DNA of 62,749 nucleotides, filler included, from Basidiobolus ranarum (Eukaryota): NCBI GenBank assembly GCA_040143965.1. It is 18 parts of 18 records of this genome, joined end to end, with 100 filler letters (N's around TTAATTAATTAA, not from the genome) between each part and the next. Parts side by side here need not be neighbours in the genome. Positions count along the whole stretch, not along the records: positions 52,403 to 55,786 come from JASJQH010009400.1; positions 55,887 to 59,268 come from JASJQH010009401.1; positions 59,369 to 62,749 come from JASJQH010009402.1; 15 more parts are not named here. One strand, 5' to 3'. Shown piece by piece: positions 52,403 to 62,749 of this stretch (position 1 is its first letter; each line of letters starts with the position of its first letter). The notes under the pieces were generated by a model. It saw only the letters and a program-made list of their open reading frames with translations, ran no database searches and was not told where the DNA came from. The position numbers and the translations under genes were made by a program.

Positions 52403-54200
52403 ACCGGGCCGACTTTCTTGGGCTTTTGATGTAAATGTTGTGATCTGCAGTACATTTTTGGAATTACATTGTTTTAAATAGGTACTTATCTGGTTGTTCC
52501 ATGCCCTGGGTGCTTGCTTGAATTGATATTGTATTTTTGCAGTGTACAGCCCATAGCAGAGTGTTTGGGTCAACAAATCCATCTTGTTGCTCCATATAGA
52601 TTGCCTCTTCCAGATTTCCATTCAGGAAGGCTGCTTTAATATCCTTTTGTATATATCAAGGTTATGGACACCTGCAAGTACCAGGATTGATTGAATGGTG
52701 CTAAACTTGGCTACTGGAACAAATGTTTCATTAAGATCCACTCCTGCAGTCTGGCAATCACCTTTTGTAAATAATCTTGCTCTCTACATTTCTATGGTTC
52801 CATCAATTTGGTTTTGGACTTTATAGACCCATTTGTAGCATATTGGTTTTCTTCCTGATGGCACAAGATGTAAAACACAAATTTTATTGGCATGAAGTGA
52901 AAAAAGATCATTAGAGATTGCAATCCCCCATAACTTTGATTCTGGATACTCTAGATCTTTATCTAGAGTGTATGGCTTGCCACAGAATGCATTATAAGCA
53001 TAGACATTATCGTAAGAGATGTTACACTGGTTCCCTAGCTGATCCTTGGGCCACTGAAACATTCTCTGCTATAATTGAGGCTGGAAATTTGGGTGAATTG
53101 TGGTAAGTTACAGCAGGAATTTTGTGAGACACTTTCTGAGTAGTGCTGATTGTGTTTTCTGGATCAAGAACTGTTGTTTGAGATGAAAAATTAGCTTTTC
53201 ATAAGAATGCAAAGCTCTGAACTTGATTAATTTCTGATTTTTGGTATCAAGCAGCCTGTAGGCCTTAGATTCACCATAGTAACCATGAAATTTGCACTTT
53301 CTGCTTGCTAGTTCCAATTTAGAGCATTTTGAGCTTGAATTAGGCAACATGTTGGGCAACAAAAGATCCTGAGACAAACCAAACCTGGTTTTGATCCTTG
53401 TAAGGATTCAAATAGAGTAGAATCTTCTAGTAATCCTGTGGAGCATCAGTTTTGGATACAGATTGCAGTGGAGAGAGATTCAGCCCAATATTTGTGATCC
53501 AACTCTTGAGCATGGAACATTGATCTTGCCATCTCTACTATGGGCCAATTAGCATGTTTGGAAACTTCATTCTACTGTGGAGTATAAGGTAAGATTGATT
53601 GTTGCTTAATTCCATGTTTCAAACAAAACTAGTAGAGTCTTCAGAGCATTATTGTCCACCATTATCACTTGTTGTGACCCTTACTTTTGGTGCTGATTCC
53701 TTCTCTACCATTCCTTTGTAGTATTTAATTGTAGTTCAGGCTTCAGATTATGATTTAAAAAGGAATACCCAAGTATATCTTGTTTTGTCTCCATCAAGGC
53801 TATAAACTACCATTTGCCACCCAGTGAGACATTTTTCATGGGCCCTCATGGGTCAGAATGAATCAGGGCAACATTCTAAGTGGAATTGATCTCCCCAGAG
53901 CTGGAAAACAACTGGCTGTTATATTTCCCATATATGCAACCTTCACACAGATCCAATTAGGTTATGAGTTCAATTTCCAAGTTAGAAACAAGACTATTTG
54001 GGATTATTTGGGTCAGCTTTTGCTACCAATGTGGCCTCATCTTCTAAGCCTTCTTTGATAGCATATATCACCAGTTTAGGCCAAGTTGCATTCTCAGAGT
54101 GCATTTGCTGACTTCTGGCTTGTAGATACTTGAACTTTGATTTCAGTAGATAATTTGGTACTATTCCAATGTGTGAAAGTGCATTTAGCCTTGCCCTACA
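52403..54200 (-). mobile_element. Heavily decayed Copia (integrase to RT)
   Basis: KCKFHGY..ESKAYRL, GRKPICYKWVYK, KARLFTKG, ETFVPVAK and LKQAPRAWN-like remnants. Confidence 0.85.
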
Positions 54201-54559
54201 CAAACTTTAGTCTTTGAGCTGTTGCTTGGCTTATTCAGAGCAGTATCTTGACTGTATTTAATCCATAGAATGCATTGTCTAACTTTGCAGATGGTATAGC
54301 TGAAATCTATTCTAAATTGAGCATGACTGTGTGGTTATTAACTGCATCTGAATCAAAGAATGAGGAATTAAGAGTTCAAATTCTTGGCAAAATAATGCAG
54401 AACAGGTATTGTTTGGGCTATTAAACATCCAAGAGGCTTCAATAATGGTGCCTCTGACTGGAAATCAATATCTGCAAGTATTGAAAGAAACTAGGCCATT
54501 TCCTCAAAGATTGCAGAAACAGGATTTTTGCCAAAAAGCTTAAATTGGAACATGCAAAT

Positions 54560-55786
54560 GAAGTAAGCACTGATATGGATCATATATTTGTGTCTGCCCA
54601 ATACATAGCCACTAAAGAAGACCCAGAAACATGGTATATTGATTCAGGAGCTTCCCAACATATGTCAAACAATAAGGATTGGTTTTTCGGCTTAAAATCA
54701 ATTGAAACATGAAAAGTCAACTTGGGTAATGATATTGTAGTAGATGCAGTTGGTAAGGGCACAGTTGTGCACAATTTTGACCAAAATCCTGCAACACTAT
54801 CTGCAAAATTGTTTGATGTACTCAATGCACCAAATATAGCAAAGAATCTACTCCTAGTAAACCAAGCTACAACTCAAGGACTAAATTGCATGCTCAACAA
54901 GGCTGGATGCACTATCAAATATTAGAATAATACCAAATTAGCATTAAGTATGAAAACTCAAAACTTATACAAGCTAGAAATCCATAAATTGCATTCTAAG
55001 CAAGCCCACTGGCAAAAACCAGTAAAAAAAGCTGTCAAATGTGACTTAGAAGATTAGTACACATCTGGGAACAAAAATTGCCCCCAATGAACTAAATTCT
55101 TCTTGTTTCAGGCTTAGAAATTGAAAATATAATTAAATTAGGACTGCATGAAGGTTGCATGTAAGGAAAACATCGCCAACAGCAATTTTCAAGCTCTGGA
55201 GAGATTTTATCCACTGAATATCTTGCCCTGTTCATATTGATATACACCAGCCGATGAAAAGCATCTCACTAGGTGAGAAAAGTTACTTTGTGACCTCTAT
55301 TGCTGACAAAACAAGATATGCTTGGGCATTCTTTCTCAAATTAAAATCTAAAGCCTGAGCTCCTTTCAAGCACTACAAAGCAGTGGTTGCCAAAGATTTA
55401 GCACAAAAATTAAGGGTACTAAGGAGAGATGCTGGTGAAGAACACTGCTCTAAAGACTGTGCTAGGTTTTATTTTAAACATGGAATGAAGCAACAAACTA
55501 CTGTACCTCAAGCTTCACAGCAAAATGGAGTTGCACAATGTGCTAATAGGAAAATATTTGAGATGACTAAATCAATGTTGAATGATCAAATATCACATTA
55601 CCATAGCCTGAATATGTCTTCACTGCAGTCAATATCAGAAGAAGATGGCTGGCAAAAGATTGCTACAAAATTCTAGTCCATTTAGAGCCTGATATGGATC
55701 AAAACCAGGTGTTGTTCATCCCAGGATCTTTGGTTGCACAGCTTATTGCCTAATTCAAGCTTAAAAACACTCTAAACTGGAACCTA
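54560..55786 (+). mobile_element. Heavily decayed Copia (protease to integrase)
   Basis: WYIDSGASQHM, PNIAKNLL and SQQNGVAQCANR. Confidence 0.85.
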
Positions 55787-55886
55787 NNNNNNNNNNNNNN
55801 NNNNNNNNNNNNNNNNNNNNNNNNNNNNNNTTAATTAATTAANNNNNNNNNNNNNNNNNNNNNNNNNNNNNNNNNNNNNNNNNNNN

Positions 55887-56271
55887 TATGGTCTTTGAAG
55901 CTGAGAAATCCGAATCTGAAGATGAAAAGGCGGCCTCTCGTATCTCGGCCAAGAATGGACTCGAATCCTATGCTTACTCACTTCGCAACACTCTCAAAGA
56001 TGAGAAAGTGACTGAGTAATTAGAAGCGGAGGACAAGAAGCAACTTGAAGAGGCCATCAACAACACTATTAGTTGGTTGGACGCAAGTCAAGAGGCTTCC
56101 AAGGAAGAGTACGAAGAGAAAAAGAAAGAACTGGAAGTGGTTAGCAATCCCATCATAACTAAGAGGTGCCAAGCTATAGGTGAAGCCCCTGGTAGCTTCC
56201 TTGGAGCTGCTCCCCCAGGAGGATTCCCAGATGGTGACAAAAATGAACTAACTGTTAAAGAATTGGATTAA
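55887..56271 (+). pseudogene. HSP70: Cytosolic Hsp70 (SSA-type) C-terminus, probable pseudogene
   Basis: [18 protein letters not shown]...WLDASQEASKEEYEE..KELE..SNPIITK. In-frame TAA at 56017-56019, and the terminal EEVD/EELD motif reads KELD. Confidence 0.85.
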
Positions 56272-59099
56272 ACTTTGATCATTTTTCGCTTGCACTGTAC
56301 TTGATCATGTATAATATCTCTAACTCTGAATCGTTCTTTCGACTGACCAAGCATTAGATGTTAATAATGAAGATTTCAAATTTAAATTTCAACTTGGAAT
56401 ACAAGTTTTGATACTGAATTTTGGTGGAAATGAAAAGATTTTTTATCGAGAATGACCATCTCATGAGTTGGTGAATGGATCGAGAATGCTATATGAAATA
56501 GGCTGGCTTTAATTCTTCTGAACTATTCTGAAAAACGAAAGGTCCACTCTACAATCATATTCGAGCTACTCCATAAAATAATCATTAGTTCAACTATTAT
56601 ACTAGATTTTACTCCGAAGTGGTGTATTTCAGTTTACCTAGTTGGAGAATAATACCGATATCAGGGAGGCTGGCTATTCTAGTTGAACCCTATATTACAT
56701 TAAGTATGTAATCTATTGGTGACATATTTCGAACGCTAAATAGATAAAAATCTCGACTCTAGAGATACATACAAGAGCAATATAGGAGAGTGATTGATGT
56801 TTGCTAAGATTCATAAATCTTAATACTCTTTGTGTAAAATAGTTACTGATTCTTCTCAAAGAAACCGTGCAGCAATCGAATCAACTTGCTTTGTGGAATA
56901 CTTCACAGTATTGAATCACAGATACATGAATATCCCGGTCAGCACCACTCATTTGATTTGAAATAGGTCAAGGTTTGAAAATTCATCTTCTACTTTTATA
57001 CGAAAGCTTCGCTGACTTGAAGTGATCGCGAATTTATGATTATCTAGTGTTTAATAACCCTAACCCTTAATCTTTGTCTCAAATGAGAGGAATTTATGCG
57101 TAGGCAGGTCACTAATGAAATACTATATTCTTGAATCTACGAGTGAAAGTTTCGGTGACTTTACTGTTGAATGAAACTCTTTTTTAGATGTGTCCAACTG
57201 TTCCAGTATATATTATAGGTCAAGGCTCTATGAATATCTCTGTCAAAGCTTGAAGCTATAATGTTCTGGTTGGTTCTTTATTTAATTTTAAAAAGGAAAT
57301 GATCCTCTGGGTGACTTTGCCTTGATTATACACAGGTCTCTAAGATCCAAAACTATCTAACTACTCTGTGTATACCAATTTTCAAACCACTGCTGATATT
57401 CGCAAGTATGCTCTGTTGGACACTGAAGTAAGAATTTTGGATAAAAACACATCCGGCCCAAACGATATGTGGAACAATCCTCAAGATAACTTTGCTCTTA
57501 CTATCAATATTTACTTCAATTAATCTATATATTTACAGTGCTTCTTTGTAATACAAAAACACTAATGAAAGTTCGCCTTCTAGGTGTTTTTTATCTGCCA
57601 GGCTTGTTTGTATATACTTTATGCACCATGGTCATTGCCATAAATAAATGTAGCGCATTGCTTAATGATGTGACTCGCAAACGATCAAACTTATGAAAAA
57701 AACTCGCATAAAGCATGAGAGTGTTAGTATCAACAGTATATGTATCCAGTGTTCAGATTCAATGAGGATTCAACATTTATCATAGAATGTTCATAATGCT
57801 CCCAACCAAAGTGCTGTATATTGGTACCAAATATGGACTGATCTGGTTTGGATATAGGTTTGACGCAGGATAATTGTATCCAAATTACACGTGTTCATAA
57901 CTTGTTGAGAACAAATAAAAATGGCATCGGCCTAAATTAACAGTGAATGTGATTTTGAATCAATGGCCATCAAAAACAAACTTTTACTCAGGATTTGATC
58001 ACCCACACCATGTGTAACATATGGTCAGGGAATAGTATTAGCGGGCTGTGTTTGCCATGATGCATTGCTATATCATATGACTGCCTGACGAAAGTATGTC
58101 AAACTACGCAGATAAGGCCTAGTATCTTCCTACTCCTATACTCTGGAAGGTGTTTAATAGTAAACTGTCAAATGTACTCAAGTTCTTGGAGTCCTGTGTG
58201 TTTATTTTCTACCTAGAATTGCCAACGCGAGCGCGGGGAATGAAAACTTGTCAGACTCGCTAATCATTTATCCAAGCATTACTTTTCCAACTTTTATAAG
58301 CAACAAACTGTAGAACCAGCAGTCAGATTTCATTGGATATATTAATTGGTTTCTGATAATTAACAGATTTGGCCAGATGCGTGTTTCTAATATTTATTTG
58401 TTGTCACAGAGACTATTACCCCATTTGGAAGTAAATACCTCACTAGAAGCGATTTGATTTGTCACTGACTTTCAAATGGTTACAAATTGACTTCGCATAT
58501 AGATGGTTAATTTCCCCTTACGGACGGTACTTTGTACACATTAACTCCTAATACATCTTTCCAATTACCGTATCGTCACACTGTGAAATTTAGGTCCAGA
58601 GATGATGCAACTTCATAGGCTGACCATATGGAGGGAAGGATTGAAGTGGGCGACAGGTAGCAGGGTAGTATCAAAAGTCCCTAATTGTTACCTACCGGTA
58701 ACTCATTGGGGCGTAGTTTGATCGCACACTTGTGTATTCTTCGAAGTTATCGCTTGTTTCATCAGAATTTGAACCAATGAGCTATTTGTATTTGTCAAGA
58801 TCTGATAAAAACTTGGTTTTACTCACAATGAACGACATAAAAGATCTGATAACGGACTCGAGATTTACGCTATTGATGAATTAATGCTATAGTATATATA
58901 TTCATCCCCAACCTAGGTGTTTGATGTAACATTCATTGTTTCACGAATGGGCACTACCCTTTCCACTTATCAGATTCTGAGTATTAAAGAGCTACCGGAT
59001 CTAATACAATCACTATACGGAAAAATTTTCAGGCCATTCTCCCACCATGCCAAGTTTTGTTTTATCTTAAATAGTCCTGATGGGTAATAGTGCCAATTA

Positions 59100-59268
59100 A
59101 TGAGTCTACTAATTACCTCTATTGCCACTGGTGTTGGATTAGCATTCGGCTACTTCTGGATATCTAAAAATCGAAAGATCCCAGCGTTGATGGTATTAGA
59201 TGCTCCAATTAGAGTAGTCATTATCGGCGCCTCTTTCTGCGGAATGGGAGCAGCAAAACTTTTGGAAA
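59100..59268 (+). CDS. FAD/NAD(P)-binding oxidoreductase (AIF/AMID-like), 5' end
   Basis: N-terminal TM anchor followed by Rossmann motif RVVIIGASFCGMGAAKLLE. Truncated by linker. Confidence 0.65.
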
Positions 59269-59368
59269 NNNNNNNNNNNNNNNNNNNNNNNNNNNNNNNN
59301 NNNNNNNNNNNNTTAATTAATTAANNNNNNNNNNNNNNNNNNNNNNNNNNNNNNNNNNNNNNNNNNNN

Positions 59369-60632
59369 AGTAATTCAGGAAGCCCATACAAGCTTGTTCA
59401 GCATTGCGTTTACGCTTGTCGAACCATACACCAAGTAAAGGATCGATCTGGTAGGCCGAGCCTTCCTTCCAAGTGTTATCAGCAACTTCATGATCATCCC
59501 ATATAACCATCCAGGGGAATTGCTGGTGAGCAAGAGCTAAATCAGGATCGGTTCGATAGGTTGCATAACGAAGACGGTAGTCTTTAAGGGTGGTTATCAC
59601 TTTGGTTGGTTTGGGAACACGCCCAATTTTGGCACCGTCACCATAGTCACCATTTCCAGCGTACTCATAGATATCTGTTGGATGAAGAGCATTACTAATG
59701 GTTAGGAATATGAATCAAAATCACCAGCACTCACAGTCTCCTAGGTGGATAACATAATCCATACTGTCCGTACGGGCTGGGATGCCATAGGCCTTTAGGT
59801 GCGATATTTCGGGTTAATTACTTATGAATTGGATGAAGATTAATCCAGTATGGATTTACTGTAGAACAGAACTAACATTAAAGAATCCGAAGGGATAATT
59901 CGAGCAGGAATACACAGCAAAACGTAGCGAACCATCTATCTTTTGATTAGCCCTTGGCATGGTTTTAGTGCGACCTACGGGTGATTCCACTTTCCTATCA
60001 CTGTTTGAAAGAGGGATTAGTATCTGTCGTTTATAGAACTGGGAAAGTAACGTCACTCACTAGCAGGAGTAGAACTTGTAGTAATAGTGAGTGAGAGGCT
60101 CTAAACCTCTGGCTTCGACCTGAGAGAGTATATGTTAAGCTATTTGGAAGTCTGATCTTCGAATTCTTAAGGCAGTAGAGTGTGTACCTTTATGGTCCAG
60201 TCAATATCTGCAGTAGTAAGGACCTTGCCACTGGCAGTTATCTTCTTGAAATCAATATCTGGGGACACCAAGTATTTGACACACACCGAGGCTGATTTAG
60301 TTTCAAGTGGTTCAGCACGGGTCCACAGTATCACTGAGTCATGGTAGCTATGTCGAGACTAATTTTTAGCATTGCATATTGCCAAGTTAAATCGAATACA
60401 CTTACGGATCACCACTCGCGACATTATGAGTAAAGTTAAATGCCAGGTTAGGTAGACTAGAGCGCTTAATCAGCCCATGGTGGATTTTATCTAAAGCATG
60501 GCCATGTTCGCCAAGATTCTCGAAGGGTGATTTATAGTTGATATTATTGTGCAATCCTTCTTCGATAGTAGCAGCCACCAGAGAGGTTCCCAATGCTAAG
60601 GATACAAGTAGAGCTAAAGACTTGTAAGTCAT
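59369..60632 (-). CDS. phoD: Alkaline phosphatase D (PhoD family), secreted, multi-exon, 3' truncated
   Basis: Signal peptide, FTHNVASGDP, VILWTR, SPVGRTKT, FAVYSCSNYPFGFF, IHLGD/YIYEY, DYRLRYATYRTDPDL and IWDDHEVADN. Confidence 0.93.
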
Positions 60633-62639
60633 GTTTTGAAATGCGAGCTAAACAAAGCCTGAGATTTTGGCTAACGCCTGATGGGTCTATTTATGCATTG
60701 AATAGAGAGAAAGAACATTACGTAGGCTTGATACGATTCGCTGTGCAGTCGAAGAGCTACATTCAATAGTATCTTAGTCAAATGTTTGAACTGCTACTCA
60801 ACTCGTGAGTATAGTTGCTTTCGTTATTGGATGCAAAGGCGATGACTCCGATTTTCGCGTTGACCATACAATATAGCCTCTGAAAAGTTAAATTTTCGGC
60901 TTGCGGTGACAATTAAGTGGGGTAATTCTCGAATTCAAAACATCATTCGTATCACGATACTCAGACTTTACCATGATTTTTGTCTTTTGAGACTATTCAT
61001 GTTACAGTTACCTGCCTCATCGTGTAACTCGTGGTGTCAGGAAGCGCTTTGATAAGCGCGTATATAGTATCCCGTTTATGATGTTGTCATTATGCATCCT
61101 AGAGGTGGATAGGGAAGGTGGATTTTTGCATGTATTAGCCAGTTCAATGTGGTATTTAGGAAGTAAAATTTGATGCAAATAAGAGATCAAAGCATTGTGA
61201 AAATTGATTAGTTTTAATATACTAAATTCCGGTGGCATATATTTATGTTGAATTGGAAGCATATAGGAGCTGTACTTGTTACTTGAATGTGAAGAGCCCA
61301 TTTTATAACCAACATTTTTGCTTACAATTATGCTAGTGTTAGGGCAAAAATATGCGAAATATCGGAATCACGTGAAAATGAAGCTTATTCGTCACATTAA
61401 TTAGATCAAAGTGCATGGTTGCCATGCGGTATACTTTAGATATATATATTTGCAATCAGTTAAGCTTAAGAGTGCAGGCGACTCTCAGGTATCATGACTA
61501 CTGAGGTAGCATCTGGTGCGATGTCTCAAGTCTGGTAAATATTCATATTGAAGTAGCATGTAGATGTACAACATTGGCTTGACTTTATAGTAGTGAAAGC
61601 TGATTATGTAGCAGGTATGATGAATTAATAGTCTCATAAGATAGCCCGATGTAGATTGGCTTCCAAGTTGGCATCCTACGTCACAGGATTGGGCATAGCC
61701 AGCATTACTTCGACTTGCAATGTCAGGCCAGAGGAGTAAGGTTTTTCCCAAAATAATCAGGTGAAATTGACCAGGCTGGAGAGTGCAAAATAGGGCTGCA
61801 CAGAGCATTTGGGTTTAGGTTTATTTTAGCCAATGCGATATGTGGAGCCCCAAATAACTTGACTTAATGTGTGAAGTCCATTATTTAACTATGACAGAGC
61901 TAATATAATACCATACCGCTATTAGGTCCAATCGATATTCTGCAACTAACAAGTAGTCCAAACGTTATAATAACCCTATCTAATACCCACCTATCCTGCT
62001 AAGCTATAAATATGAGTCTTACCTAGATCAGTATTAATTAAACTCTTTGGAACTTTATCATCGATAATTTCTCCCGAGACTCTTTCTCTAAAGTATCGTA
62101 GAAATATATTCATGTAGTCTACTCCATGTATTAAAATGGCATGGGCCTTAACCCCAAGTACTTCTCGATTATGATAACATAAATTCTTTTGCAACTAACT
62201 CATAGAGCATGTAGTACATAAATATACCTTGTAACTCATAGTATCTTTCATTAACTCATGCTTATAGGGACTGGTATATCTCTAAACTACCCAAAGTCTA
62301 TTCATCGTCATTTTATCTTCTTTGCAAATATAGGATTGTAATAAGATATTAAAATCTTATTAGCCCAATGCTTATCAAGTCATTGTTACCTGCCATATGG
62401 ATACATAAAGGAAAGCGGGTAATTTTAATACGAAAAGAGAGATCATACGTTAAGGGAGCAACGTGCACTAAGGTGTGTGCACATTATTTTATCCCGGGAT
62501 CATCATTTTTATCTTGCTAATACATCATTTGCCTATGTGGAACTTTAAAGTAACATCAATTGGAACTACTCAAGTCTCGGTCACTTGAAAGTACTCACTT
62601 TGATTCTCAATTGACAGTGATATCCAGAAGGGCATTTTC

Positions 62640-62749
62640 TGTTGAAATTAGCATTGCCTAAACACCTATATAGTCATATATAGCTTAGTACTTAGTTATC
62701 TTATAACTCACTAAGATATTATCAATTATTCTCAATCGGAATTTACTTA
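62640..62749 (+). mobile_element. 5' end of family-A LTR
   Basis: TGTTGAAATTAGCATTGCCTAAA matches 33600 onward. Confidence 0.85.

Noticed and set aside
56300-59000. Long ORF-free region as ncRNA locus
   Set aside because: No recognisable structure or motif apart from the short telomeric unit at 57056; probably intergenic or old pseudogene.
61000-62600. Short ORFs 61017-61301, 61485-61808 and 61991-62194
   Set aside because: No recognisable domains; likely spurious or decayed.

Overview
The window is not contiguous DNA. It is 18 short contigs of steadily decreasing length (3402 to 3381 bp) joined by 17 artificial 100-bp linkers (N44-TTAATTAATTAA-N44), so adjacency across linkers means nothing. 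The content is eukaryotic, AT-rich and intron-containing, and looks like an early-diverging fungus (inference). Most of it is nested, decayed transposable elements: a CMC/CACTA-like DNA transposon family, Ty1/Copia and Ty3/Gypsy retrotransposons with several solo LTRs, and a non-LTR retroelement. Host genes or fragments include CON-6, an HPP-family fragment, the ATR/MEC1 3' end, an ABCB transporter 5' end, tRNA-Arg(CCT), a secreted beta-trefoil I66-like inhibitor, two repeat-rich CBM19-type proteins, an Hsp70 pseudogene, an FAD oxidoreductase 5' end and PhoD. Two systems stand out. (1) Two decayed copies of a Fanzor1 (eukaryotic TnpB-like, RNA-guided RuvC nuclease) gene, one nearly full length. 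(2) A young non-LTR RT family whose 3' ends all terminate in telomeric (CCCTAA)-type repeats, plus a tiny interstitial telomeric insert with a 12-bp target duplication. Together these suggest telomere-repeat-primed or telomere-repeat-templated retrotransposition. All family assignments come from motif recognition by eye; no searches were run.
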